This document shows positions 36,660 to 46,042 of a stretch of 64,000 nucleotides of DNA, piece after piece. Each line of letters starts with the position of its first letter. The first letter of the stretch is position 1. The stretch lies in the NCBI GenBank assembly GCA_035266845.1, contig DATFMP010000022.1, positions 13,550 through 77,549 of the forward strand, in the 5' to 3' direction. The translations under genes were made by a program, and so were the position numbers. The notes beneath the pieces were generated by a model. The model saw nothing but the letters and a program-made list of their open reading frames with translations, was not told the DNA's origin and ran no database searches. The stretch is from a bacterium. Its GTDB lineage: Bacteria; SAR324; JACQKK01.

Positions 36660-37115
36660 CTAGGGCAGGAAGCGCCGCGCGTGCTCCGGAGGCAGAGTGC
36701 CGCGCCATTCCAGCGGGCCCAGGCCGAGGTGCTCGCGGTGCGTGGCGACCCAGTTGTACACTGCGTCGCGCAGGGGCCGGGGTACCGCCCGCAGGGCGAC
36801 CAGCGCATGCCAGGGCCAGGGCAGCCTCGCCCACACGCGCAGGATCGCCTCCGAGCGCAGGGCCAGCCCACATGCGTCCAGCAGCACCGCCGTCACCGGC
36901 TGCGCCGTCAGGGCCGGCGGCAGCACGCGGCGCGCCGTCTCCCCCTGCAGCGGCGCGAAGCGCAGCGCGCCCACGCCGCGCGGAGCATCCAGCAGTGCCA
37001 CCCGGTGCACGACCCGGCGACACAAACCTCAGTGGTCATCGAAGAACAGCACGGGGCCGGCGGCGAGCAGCCCGGCGCGGGCCGCCTCGGCGGCGTCGGC
37101 CGGGGGCGGTGTCAT
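36660..37115 (-). CDS. DUF393/DCC-family thiol-disulfide oxidoreductase homolog with an in-frame TGA at the first Cys of the CxxC motif (selenoprotein candidate UxxC, or pseudogene)
   Basis: Manual translation: MTPPPADAAEAARAGLLAAGPVLFFDDH-TGA-GLCRRVVHRVALLDAPRGVGALRFAPLQGETARRVL...AVPRPLRDAVYNWVATHRE. This aligns with YuxK-like LFDGVCNFCN...FASLQS...PIRDAVYDFIA. The TGA codon is at complement 37031..37029; ATG at 37115. The ORF track shows only the TTG-initiated 3' part. Confidence 0.6.
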
Positions 37116-37142
37116 GGCGGATCGGGCGGTGTGCCGCCGCCG

Positions 37143-37571
37143 CTAGTCGCGCTCTGCGGGAATGGAGCCCTGGAGGAAGTCGATGATCTGCTGCATGGGC
37201 GTACCGGGACCGAACAGCTCGCTCACGCCCTGCTCCTTCAGCGTGCGGGCGTCCTCCTTGGGAATGATCCCGCCGCCGAAGAGCAACACGTCGTCCAGCC
37301 CGTGCTCGCGCATCTGGGCCAGCACTTGGGTGAACGCCGTCATGTGCGCGCCAGAGAGGGAGCTGAGCCCGATGGCGTCCACATCCTCCTGGATGGCCGC
37401 CTGCACGATGGCCGCCGGGGTCTGACGCAGGCCGGTGTAGATCACCTCCATGCCCGCATCGCGCAGGGCGGAGGCGATCACGTGAATGCCGCGGTCGTGG
37501 CCGTCCAGGCCGGGCTTGGCCAGCAGGACGCGCAGCTTGCGGTGGGGTATGGTCGGTTGCGTCGCGCTCAT
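37143..37571 (-). CDS. cobalamin (B12)-binding domain protein (methylmalonyl-CoA mutase small-subunit-like)
   Basis: [24 protein letters not shown] and GGIIPKED are the B12-binding Rossmann motifs. ~142 aa from the ATG at 37571. Confidence 0.8.
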   Translation of the reverse strand: MSATQPTIPHRKLRVLLAKPGLDGHDRGIHVIASALRDAGMEVIYTGLRQTPAAIVQAAIQEDVDAIGLSSLSGAHMTAFTQVLAQMREHGLDDVLLFGGGIIPKEDARTLKEQGVSELFGPGTPMQQIIDFLQGSIPAERD

Positions 37572-38248
37572 CGTTTTCGATCGCTCTCGGACACGGGCCG
37601 CGGGTTGGTGCGCTGCGGCCCTGCGCCCATCCTTCCATAAGGCGCCGGCGTTGTCACCGCCTCCCGGGCCTGACGGCGGTCGCGGTGGCTCTCCGGGCTG
37701 TGTCGCGCGTCCGCCGGCACGCCCGGGCCCGCGCCGGTGCGCGCCAGGTGCCGGCGTCCAATGCGCTTCTCCATCAGCAACGAGCTGTGGTAGTGGCCCC
37801 ATTTCAACGCATACTCGCTGAAGAAGCCCGCCCGCACGAAGCCGAAGCGCAGGTGCAGCGCCACCGACGCCCGGTTGGGCGGCACGATGGCAGCGTAGGC
37901 CCGGTGCAGCCGCTCACCGGCCAGGGCCTCGAAGAGCGCCCGGTACAGCCGGGTGCCCAGACCGCGCCGCGTGTGCCCGGGCGCCAGAAAGATCGTCGTC
38001 TCCACCGTCTCGCGATAGGCCGATAAGGGGAGAAACGGGACGCTGCTGGCGTAGCCGAACAGGCGCCCATCCTCCTCCGCCACGAACAACCGGTACGGCC
38101 CGCGCTCGGCGAACTGCGCGAACCAGGGGCGGCGCGCCTCCTCGGTGAGTGACTGCTCGGCGAAGACCGCCGCGGTGTGCAGCACGTAGTGGTTGTAGAT
38201 GGCTGTGAGCGCGGATAGGTCGCCCGGCTCTGCGCTGCGGATGCGCAT
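37568..38248 (-). CDS. GNAT-family N-acetyltransferase (phosphinothricin-acetyltransferase-like) with low-complexity C-terminal tail
   Basis: [22 protein letters not shown]...[14 protein letters not shown] acetyl-CoA binding motif. Confidence 0.75.
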   Translation of the reverse strand: MRIRSAEPGDLSALTAIYNHYVLHTAAVFAEQSLTEEARRPWFAQFAERGPYRLFVAEEDGRLFGYASSVPFLPLSAYRETVETTIFLAPGHTRRGLGTRLYRALFEALAGERLHRAYAAIVPPNRASVALHLRFGFVRAGFFSEYALKWGHYHSSLLMEKRIGRRHLARTGAGPGVPADARHSPESHRDRRQAREAVTTPAPYGRMGAGPQRTNPRPVSESDRKR

Positions 38249-38600
38249 GGAATGTCTCGGGGATGGATGCACGCCAGGAACCGACGCACAGCATAGGTCC
38301 ACGCTCATTCTAGCTCACCCCACAGTGCGCGCCTATATGCACCGCGCCGAGGCATCGCGATGGCTGAGCGAATGAGCAATGGCACGGGCGTCCTCGCCCT
38401 CGTGCCTGGGCTTCGGCGGGCGGGCCAGAGGCCCGCCCACCGGGCATTGGCGGGGTGACGCGGGGTGCGGTGCGCGCCCCTTTGCATGGCGGGAGCGCCC
38501 GGCGTATCCTCGTGCGGGGAGGGCGCACCGTCGCGTCCCCACCCGCTGCGCACCGCGCCGACCGGCGCCCTTGACCAGCCTTCCGGGCCCGCCGCACGCC

Positions 38601-39923
38601 ATGTTCGACCGACGCCTGCTCGCCAACTTCGACTGGACGCTGCTGCTGCTGGCGCTGACGATCTCGCTGATCGGCGTGGCCGGCATCTACTCGGCGTCCA
38701 AGGGCTACCCGGGGCATCCCCACTTCTGGCTGCGCCAGCTCTACTGGATCGGGCTGGGTCTGGTGCTGGGATTCCTGGTGCTGCTGGTGGACTTCCGCAC
38801 GATCGGCCAGTGGTCGTATCTCTTCCACGGCGGGGTGTGCCTGACGCTGATCGTGCTGCTGGTGGTGGGGGCGGGCGATGGCCAGGTGGACCGCTGGTTC
38901 AACATCGGTCCCATTACCATCCAGCCCTCCGAGTTCGCCAAGTTCACCACGATTCTCGCTATCGCGTACTACCTGCGGGATGGCCGGCACGTGGGCAACG
39001 TGGGCTGGCGCGGGCTGGTGGTGCCGTTGGGGCTGGTCGCGGTGCCCTTCCTGCTGATCGTCAATCAGCCCGACCTGGGCACGGCGCTGATGCTGCCGGC
39101 GATCTTCCTGCCGATCATCGTGCTGGCCGGCCTGCGCCTGCGGCTGTTGATGTACCTGGGCATCGTGGCCCTGCTGGCAATCTTCGGGCTGGTGGCCTCG
39201 TTCAAGCTGGGCTACTACCGCGTGGACGACGCCCTGGTGCACAGTCTGAAGCGCCAGGGCTACGCAGCGCCGCAGATGGAGGCGCTGGCGCAGTTCAAGG
39301 GCCAGCAGTTCTACCTGCCCAGCACCCTGCGTGCGCGGCTCAATTCCAACCCGTTCCTGTTCGGCGAAACGGAACTGCAGGACGCCGTGGTGGAGCGGGG
39401 CTTCCGCCCGTTCATCTCCTACGTGCTGCGCTCCTACCAGCAGAAGCGCCTGCTCACGTTCATCAACCCGGAGAAGGACCCGCTGGGAGCGGGCTACCAC
39501 GTCATTCAATCGCGCGTCGCCATCGGCAGCGGGGGCTTCCTCGGCAAGGGCTTCGGCCACAGCACGCAGGGCTCCCTGAACTTCCTGCCTGCCCGGCACA
39601 CGGACTTCATCTTCTCCATCTTTGCGGAGGAGTGGGGCTTCCTGGGCGCGGTGGCGCTGCTGGCGCTCTACACGATGCTGATCCTGCGCGCGATCTCCGT
39701 GGTGTTCCAGACCCACGACCGCTTCAGCGCCTTCGTGACCATGGGCGTGACCACCATGATCGGCATGCAGGTGCTGATCAACATCGGCATGGCCGCCGGG
39801 CTGCTGCCCGTGGTGGGCGTGCCGCTGCCGTTCTTCAGCTACGGCGGCTCCTCCATGATCACGATGATGGTCGGCATCTCCATCCTGCTCAACATCCGCA
39901 TGCGCCGCTTCCTGTGGAGCTAG
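38601..39923 (+). CDS. SEDS-family peptidoglycan glycosyltransferase (RodA/FtsW-like) with a ~70 aa insertion
   Basis: 10 TM segments; GAGYHVIQSRVAIGSGGFLGKG, FIFSIFAEEWGF and PFFSYGGSS motifs; ATG at 38601. No neighbouring PBP2/PBP3 gene. Confidence 0.8.
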   Translation: MFDRRLLANFDWTLLLLALTISLIGVAGIYSASKGYPGHPHFWLRQLYWIGLGLVLGFLVLLVDFRTIGQWSYLFHGGVCLTLIVLLVVGAGDGQVDRWFNIGPITIQPSEFAKFTTILAIAYYLRDGRHVGNVGWRGLVVPLGLVAVPFLLIVNQPDLGTALMLPAIFLPIIVLAGLRLRLLMYLGIVALLAIFGLVASFKLGYYRVDDALVHSLKRQGYAAPQMEALAQFKGQQFYLPSTLRARLNSNPFLFGETELQDAVVERGFRPFISYVLRSYQQKRLLTFINPEKDPLGAGYHVIQSRVAIGSGGFLGKGFGHSTQGSLNFLPARHTDFIFSIFAEEWGFLGAVALLALYTMLILRAISVVFQTHDRFSAFVTMGVTTMIGMQVLINIGMAAGLLPVVGVPLPFFSYGGSSMITMMVGISILLNIRMRRFLWS

Positions 39924-39930
39924 CGGCTCC

Positions 39931-42381
39931 TCACAGCAGGCTGTAGGGGTCCACGTCCACCGCTACGCGCTCCTTGGCGCCCACCTTGAAGGCGGGGTCG
40001 TCCAGCACCGCCCGCAGCACGCGGTGGATGGGCGCCACGGACGCCGCGCGCAGCAGGATCATCCAGCGCCAGCGCCCGGCCAGGCGCTGGATCGGTGCTT
40101 CGGCCGCGCCCAGCACCCGCACATCCCCCCGACCCTGCGCAGCGTGACGCAACCCGCGCGCAAGCTGCCCAGCCAAACGCTCGGCCGCACCCTGCTGCGG
40201 CGAGCTGGCCCACACCAGCGCCTGGCTGGAATAGGGCGGGCTGCCGCTGGCCTCGCGGATAGTGGCCTCCTCCGCGGCAAAGGCGCGCGTATCGTGCGAC
40301 TGCACGTGCACCAGACTGTAGTGCTCCGGACTGTAGGTCTGGATCAGCACGCGACCCGGCCGCTCCCCGCGCCCGGCGCGCCCGGCCATCTGGGTGAGGA
40401 TCTGGAACGTGCGCTCCGGCGCCCGGAAGTCCGCGATGTTGAGCGAGACGTCCGCCAGCACGGCCCCCACCAGCGTGATGAAGGGGAAGTCGTGCCCCTT
40501 GCTGAGCACCTGGGTGCCGATGATGATGTCGTAACGGCGTTCGCGGATGGCGTCCATCATCCGCTCCAGTTCGCCGCGCCGGCGTAGCGTGTCGCTGTCC
40601 ATGCGCAGCACGCGGGCGCTGGGGAACATCACGCCCACGTCCTGCTCGATGCGCTCCGTGCCCATGCCCACCACCGCGAGCGCCTCGGCATCGCAGGCCG
40701 GGCAGCGCTCCGGCATGGGCCGGCTGTAGTCGCAGCGGTGGCACAGCAGCCGGTTGTCGGATCGGTGGTAGGTCAGCGAGATACTGCACTGCTCGCACAG
40801 CACCACCTCGCCGCAGGCACCGCAGCGCGCCAGACTGGCAAAGCCTCGCCGGTTGAGGAAGAGGATCGCCTGCTCCCCGCGCGCCAGGGTCTCGCGCAGC
40901 GCCTCCACCAGCGGCACGGTGAAGAAGGCGCAGCCGGCCTGCCGCGGCATGGTGCGCAAGTCCAGCATCTGCACCGGCGGCAGCGGACGCGCCTCCACGC
41001 GGCTGGCCAGGTGCAGGCGCGTGAGCTTGCCCAGCGCCACGTTGCGCAGGGACTCCATGGAAGGCGTGGCGCTGCCCAGCACCACCACGGCCCCGCTGCG
41101 CGAGGCGCGCAGCATGGCGGCGTCGCGGCCATGGTAGCGGGGGCTCTCGTCCTGTTTGTACGAGCCGTCGTGCTCCTCGTCCACCACCACCAGCCCCAGG
41201 TCTTCCAGGGGCGCGAACACGGCGCTGCGGGCCCCGATCACGATGCGCGCGCGGCCCTCGCGCACGCGGCTCCACTCGTCGAAGCGCTCGCCCTCGCCCA
41301 TGCCGCTGTGCAGCACGGCCACGTCGTCCCCGAAGCGCGAGCGGAAGCGGTTCACCATGGTGGCGGTGAGCGCGATCTCCGGCACCAGCAGCAGGCAGCT
41401 CTTGCCCAGCGCCCGGGCCTCGCGCACGGCGTGCAAATAGACCTCGGTCTTGCCGCTGCCGGTCACGCCCTCCAGCAGGAAGCCCTGGTAGCCGCCGCCC
41501 CCGGCTGCGTCGTGGAGCGCCTCACGCAGGGCCGCGAAGGCCGCCGCCTGCTCCCCGTTGAGCGCCAGGAAGGGCTCCGCCGGGGGCGTCGCCGCGCCGG
41601 GCCGGCGTCGCAGCGTGCGATCCTCCACAGCCACCAGTCCCGCCTCGGCCAGTTGGCGCACCACCGCCCCCGGCTCGCTCATCAGCGCGCGCAGGTGGGC
41701 CATGGGCTGCGGGCCCTCCTCGCGCAACAGCCGCAGGATGCGCTCGCGGCGCGTCTCGCGCTTCACGTTGCGGCGGCCGAGGGGCTCCGGCACCGGCTCG
41801 CCGCTCAGGCGTACCCAGCGCTCGGTGCGCGGCTTGGCCTTGGTGCCGGCATACTCGTAGCTCAGCTCCAGCAGGCCACCGGGCCGCACCTGCCGCCACA
41901 GCCAGCGCTCGTCCGCCGGGCCCTGGGCCAGGCGCGCCCACTGCCCGGCATCCCACGCCTCCAGCTCCAGCAGCGCCGCCCCCGCCTGCGCGGAGAGCCC
42001 GGCCAGCACCTCGGGCGGGGGTGGGCCCTCGCGCCAGCGGAAGTGCGTGCGGAAGCGCACGTTCATGCCCGACGGCAGCGCGGCCTCCAGCACCTCGCCC
42101 CAGCCGCAGAAGTAGTAGTCCGCCACCCAGCGAGTGAACTCCAGCAGCTCCGGCGAGAACAGCGCAGCGGCGCCCGTGCCCCGCTGGACGTCCTTCAGGC
42201 GAGCCTCCGGCAGTTCCGAATGCGCCTTGAGCCCCACCACCACCCCGGCGCGCACGCGGCTGCCGAAGGGCACGATGACGCGGCTGCCCGGCAGCACGCG
42301 CTCGGCCTCCGCCGGCGGCAGGCGGTAGTCGAACGTGCGCCGCAGGGGCACGTTGAGCGCCACCTCCGCGATCATGGGCAT
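39931..42381 (-). CDS. priA: primosomal protein N' (replication restart helicase)
   Basis: Walker A GVTGSGKTEVY; DEEHD box; C-terminal Zn fingers CGACGEVVLCEQC...CHRCDY...CPAC. Confidence 0.9.
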   Translation of the reverse strand: MPMIAEVALNVPLRRTFDYRLPPAEAERVLPGSRVIVPFGSRVRAGVVVGLKAHSELPEARLKDVQRGTGAAALFSPELLEFTRWVADYYFCGWGEVLEAALPSGMNVRFRTHFRWREGPPPPEVLAGLSAQAGAALLELEAWDAGQWARLAQGPADERWLWRQVRPGGLLELSYEYAGTKAKPRTERWVRLSGEPVPEPLGRRNVKRETRRERILRLLREEGPQPMAHLRALMSEPGAVVRQLAEAGLVAVEDRTLRRRPGAATPPAEPFLALNGEQAAAFAALREALHDAAGGGGYQGFLLEGVTGSGKTEVYLHAVREARALGKSCLLLVPEIALTATMVNRFRSRFGDDVAVLHSGMGEGERFDEWSRVREGRARIVIGARSAVFAPLEDLGLVVVDEEHDGSYKQDESPRYHGRDAAMLRASRSGAVVVLGSATPSMESLRNVALGKLTRLHLASRVEARPLPPVQMLDLRTMPRQAGCAFFTVPLVEALRETLARGEQAILFLNRRGFASLARCGACGEVVLCEQCSISLTYHRSDNRLLCHRCDYSRPMPERCPACDAEALAVVGMGTERIEQDVGVMFPSARVLRMDSDTLRRRGELERMMDAIRERRYDIIIGTQVLSKGHDFPFITLVGAVLADVSLNIADFRAPERTFQILTQMAGRAGRGERPGRVLIQTYSPEHYSLVHVQSHDTRAFAAEEATIREASGSPPYSSQALVWASSPQQGAAERLAGQLARGLRHAAQGRGDVRVLGAAEAPIQRLAGRWRWMILLRAASVAPIHRVLRAVLDDPAFKVGAKERVAVDVDPYSLL

Positions 42382-42574
42382 CTACCTGCGCGCAGGTGGG
42401 CAGACTGCCGGCAACAGGTGCTGGGCATGTAACCTTTTCGGCCCGACAGCAGTTTAAGATAGGTGTACCGTTGCTGTGTAGCGGCCCGTGCAGCCGGCTG
42501 CAAAGCGCAGGCGCCGAGCTTGCTCCCTTGGCGCCTGGTACCCCCAACGGCCCTGCACTTCCCCCCAGGGAGAC

Positions 42575-43729
42575 ATGACCGAGAAGTCCGAGAAAAAGAC
42601 CGAATACCCCGCCCTGTTCGCCTCCAGCGAGGCCGGCACGCTGGCCTTTGAGCGAGGCTCGCTGGATGGGGAGATCGCCGCCGCTCTGGAGATCGTGCGA
42701 CAGATCCGCGGCGACTACAAGCAGCATGCGGCCATCGTCGAGGGCCTGCGCGGCATCGAGGACAAGCTGGTGGAGCTGCGCGTCTCCAAGCTGGACGAGA
42801 CCCAGGCGCGCGCGCAACTGGACGAGCTGATGCGCGTGCCCTTGGGCGAGCAGCACCTGCGTCTGGAGGCCTTCCGCAAGTCCAACACCCAGGCCAAGGT
42901 ACGCTCCGAAGAGGAATACCTGGCCGCGGTGCGCAAGATGGTGCGCAACACGCTTAGCAACGCGGCGCTGCTGCTGCTGCACCACCCGGAAAATCCGGTG
43001 CTGACCAAGCTCATCGACGACCTGAAGGGGCTGGACCTTGAGGACTACAGGGCCCTGCGCGGGCACATGGCCGCCCTGGCCAAGAGCCACCAGCTCTGGC
43101 AGTACAACGAGAAGAAGAAGGCCTTCCTGGTGGAATGGCTCAAGCCCTTCCAGGGCCAGCTCGGCAAGCCCATCGAGGAGATGACCGAGGAGGAGTTCCA
43201 GGCCGCCCTGCACCAGGTGGAGCAACTCCGCACCACGCGCCTGGAAGAGATGACCCACCTGATGGTGGACTCCGACCGCGCCCCCTTCCGCGTTTACAAC
43301 CGCACCATGAACCCGCTCGTCAACGGACGCGACGAGAGCTTCTGGGGCGGGGCGGAGCCGCGGGACGAGTTCATCGCGCTGCTCAACAGGCTTATCACGC
43401 GCTTCTGCTTCAACCTGGAAGACCGCTACCTGGTGTTCCGCAGCAAGGATGGCGGCTTCTGCTACCTCGTCGGCTTCTCGGACGAGGCCTTCGAGCAGGC
43501 CACCACCACCCAGGACGGCCGCTTGGCGCTCTATCCGCACCTCAAGGTGTTCGTGAAGAACAACGACGACCAGTACGCCGAGCTGACCATGGAGTTCTAC
43601 AACCGCAACCCGCGGCTGTACTACAATGCCCTCAAGACCTCCGTCGTGCCCTTCCTGCGTGCCGCCGCGATCATGGTGGAGACCGAGCTGAGCCCTTCCA
43701 TCAAGGGCGCCTTCGACATGTGGACGTAG
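42575..43729 (+). CDS. conserved hypothetical cytoplasmic protein (~385 aa), no recognised domain
   Basis: Clean protein-like composition (K/E-rich, FYNRNPRLYYNALK), no TM. Divergent from priA. The ATG at 42575 follows the motif GGGAGACATG. Confidence 0.6.
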   Translation: MTEKSEKKTEYPALFASSEAGTLAFERGSLDGEIAAALEIVRQIRGDYKQHAAIVEGLRGIEDKLVELRVSKLDETQARAQLDELMRVPLGEQHLRLEAFRKSNTQAKVRSEEEYLAAVRKMVRNTLSNAALLLLHHPENPVLTKLIDDLKGLDLEDYRALRGHMAALAKSHQLWQYNEKKKAFLVEWLKPFQGQLGKPIEEMTEEEFQAALHQVEQLRTTRLEEMTHLMVDSDRAPFRVYNRTMNPLVNGRDESFWGGAEPRDEFIALLNRLITRFCFNLEDRYLVFRSKDGGFCYLVGFSDEAFEQATTTQDGRLALYPHLKVFVKNNDDQYAELTMEFYNRNPRLYYNALKTSVVPFLRAAAIMVETELSPSIKGAFDMWT

Positions 43730-43910
43730 GCGGGCCGCGGAACAGCGAACTACAGGCGGGGGACAGGGTTCCCCGCACCCCCTCTATACGGAAACGACGC
43801 CGGCTTGCCATCGGCCCCGCCGCCGTGCGAAGCAGGTCTAGCCCGCGCTGCCCGGTGCGGGGCCGGCGCGGCGTCGGCCCCGGTGCGGGCTTGCCCTTCC
43901 GGCCTTCGCC

Positions 43911-44330
43911 ATGCCCCGTCGCACCGCCGATCCCGCCGCCGAGATGGAGCGCTTCCGGGCGCGGGTGTACCGGCTGGTAGCGCTGATTCCGTCCGGGCGC
44001 GTGGCGACCTATGGGCAAATTTCCATCCTCGCGGGTCATCCCCGCCGGGCGCGGCACGTGGGCAATGCGCTCCGCCACGGCGCGCACCCGGAGCTGCCCT
44101 GGCACCGCGTCATCAACGCCCAGGGCCGCGTCTCGGCGCGGGCGGGCGAAAGCCGGCCCCGCGGCGACGAGCCGGTGGAGCGGCTACAGGAGCGCCTGCT
44201 CAAGGCCGAGGGCGTGGAGTTCCGTGGCGGCCGCGTGGACCTGGCCCGCTACGGCTGGCGGCCCGAGCAGGACGGCGCCCCGTTACGCCGCAAACCGCGG
44301 AAAAAACAGGAGCTGACCGGACCGTTGTGA
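43911..44330 (+). CDS. alkyltransferase-like (ATL) protein: MGMT/Ogt DNA-binding domain with Trp replacing the acceptor Cys
   Basis: RVYRLVALIPSGRVATYGQIS...ELPWHRVINAQG. The PCHRV motif is replaced by PWHRV, as in Atl1/YbaZ. Confidence 0.7.
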   Translation: MPRRTADPAAEMERFRARVYRLVALIPSGRVATYGQISILAGHPRRARHVGNALRHGAHPELPWHRVINAQGRVSARAGESRPRGDEPVERLQERLLKAEGVEFRGGRVDLARYGWRPEQDGAPLRRKPRKKQELTGPL

Positions 44331-44424
44331 TCGTCCGAACCGGCAAGACTGACCGACCCATTCCGTGCAACGGGGGTGCGGGAGAGCGCTGCTCCCCCGC
44401 ACCTCAACGAGAGCTGTTCCGCCC

Positions 44425-45531
44425 ATGATTCGCTTTGCCGTGGAGGCCACGGACGGACCAGCGCGCGCCGGGCGGCTGGAGACGCCACGCGGGGTGGTGG
44501 AGACGCCGATCTTCATGCCGGTGGGCACGCTGGGCACCGTGAAGGCCATGACACCCGAGGAACTGGAGGCGGTGGGCGCGCAGATCGTGCTGGCGAACAC
44601 CTACCACCTGCACCTGCGGCCGGGGGAGGAGGTGGTGCGACGACTGGGTGGGCTGCACCGCTTCATGCACTGGGAGCGCCCCATCCTCACGGACAGCGGT
44701 GGCTTCCAGGTGTTCTCCCTGGCCAAGCTGAGCCGCGTGAGCGAGGAGGGTGTGCGCTTCCAGAGTCACCTGGACGGCACGCCGCTGAGCCTCACGCCCG
44801 AGGGCGCCGTGGCCATCCAGGAGGCCCTGGGCTCGGACATCATGATGTGCCTGGATCACCTCACGGCCCTGCCGGCGGACGAGGCCACGCTGCGCGAGGC
44901 CTGCGCGCTCACGACCCGCTGGGCGGCGCGCTGCAAGGCCGCGCGGCGCTCGGAGCACGCGCTGTTCGGCATCGTGCAGGGGGGCGTGCTGCCGGCCTTG
45001 CGGCGCGAGAGCGCCGAGGGGCTGCGGACCATCGGCTTCGACGGCTACGCCATCGGGGGGCTCAGCGTGGGCGAGCCCCGCGCGGCCATGCACGAGACGG
45101 TCGCCGTGACGGCGCCGCTGCTGCCCGCGGACCAGCCGCGGTACCTGATGGGCGCGGGGGAGCCGGCGGACCTACTGTACGCCATCGGCCAGGGCGTGGA
45201 CATGTTCGATTGCGTGCTGCCCACCCGCAACGCGCGCAACGGCACGCTCTACACCCGCCGCGGCAAGGTGAACATCAAGCAGGCGCGTTACCGGGAAGAC
45301 CCGACGCCGCTGGAGGAGGGCTGCCCCTGCCCGGCCTGCCGCCACTACTCGCGCGGCTACCTCTCGCACCTGTACCGGTCCGGCGAGATCCTCTCCATGC
45401 GGCTCAACACCTGGCATAACCTGCGATTCTACCTGACCCTCGTGCGCGAGGCCCGGGCCGCCATCGGGGCTGGGCGCTATACCGCCTGGGGGCGGGACTT
45501 CCTGGCCGCGTTCGAGTCCGGGCCGGAGTGA
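44425..45531 (+). CDS. tgt: queuine tRNA-ribosyltransferase
   Basis: FMPVGT, LTDSGGFQ, GLSVGE motifs; zinc site CxCxxC...H (CPCPACRHY); ATG at 44425. Confidence 0.9.
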   Translation: MIRFAVEATDGPARAGRLETPRGVVETPIFMPVGTLGTVKAMTPEELEAVGAQIVLANTYHLHLRPGEEVVRRLGGLHRFMHWERPILTDSGGFQVFSLAKLSRVSEEGVRFQSHLDGTPLSLTPEGAVAIQEALGSDIMMCLDHLTALPADEATLREACALTTRWAARCKAARRSEHALFGIVQGGVLPALRRESAEGLRTIGFDGYAIGGLSVGEPRAAMHETVAVTAPLLPADQPRYLMGAGEPADLLYAIGQGVDMFDCVLPTRNARNGTLYTRRGKVNIKQARYREDPTPLEEGCPCPACRHYSRGYLSHLYRSGEILSMRLNTWHNLRFYLTLVREARAAIGAGRYTAWGRDFLAAFESGPE

Positions 45532-45539
45532 GCAGCGCG

Positions 45540-45952
45540 GCCGGCGTTTGAATCGGTGGCGCGGGCGTCTCCGGCCGCGTGCCTGGAATGGGACGGTGCG
45601 GAGCGGGCCGGTAGGGCACTCCGACTGCGGGCCGCCAGCCCCCGCACACTTTGGGCTTGACGGGCCCTGGAGCCTCGGGTAGCGTTCGTGATTATTGTAG
45701 CAGTGGGAATCCACGCGGTGGCGATACCCCGCGCAGGATCACGATTGCAGGTCTACAGGAGCCGGTATGCGGCCGTTCGGGCAGCCCTTCTATTATTGGT
45801 GGTGCTTCGCTTTTGAGCGCCTGCCCGGTTAGGTAGACCCCAAACCAGGGCAGGACTCAATTGAGGGTCTGCCCTGTCGCTCCGACCGACGGGGAATCAA
45901 AACCGAGCCCCCCGGCCGGACGCGAGAGAGAAAGACTGGATCGAGCGAAAAA
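45540..45952 (+). ncRNA. candidate structured noncoding RNA or long 5' leader (lower GC, no credible ORF), ending in an intrinsic terminator
   Basis: ~420 nt between tgt and the DAHP synthase, with noticeably lower GC than the flanks and no protein-like ORF on either strand. I did not recognise a tmRNA, SRP, RNase P or 6S signature. Confidence 0.25.
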
Positions 45953-45990
45953 GGCTGTGGGGCTCTCTGCGAACCCCACAGCCTTTTTTT
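45953..45990 (+). terminator. canonical rho-independent terminator (GGCTGTGGGG-loop-CCCCACAGCC plus TTTTTTT), possibly bidirectional (A-run upstream)
   Basis: 10-bp perfect stem 45953-45962/45973-45982 followed by a T7 run; an A5 run precedes it. Confidence 0.7.
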
Positions 45991-46042
45991 ATGGGCACGG
46001 CCGGAGCCAAACCCCCTCACCCTGGGCACGAGGACGGGATCC

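Noticed and set aside
36380-37186. 268-aa plus-strand ORF over the hairpin-rich intergenic region
   Set aside because: P/R/A-rich, with no start context; it overlaps the DCC gene on the opposite strand.
45540-45952. tmRNA, SRP RNA, RNase P or 6S identity for the noncoding region
   Set aside because: No tRNA-like acceptor/T-arm, no ANDENYALAA-type tag frame, and no P4 or SRP domain-IV consensus recognisable. It is kept only as a generic ncRNA/leader candidate.
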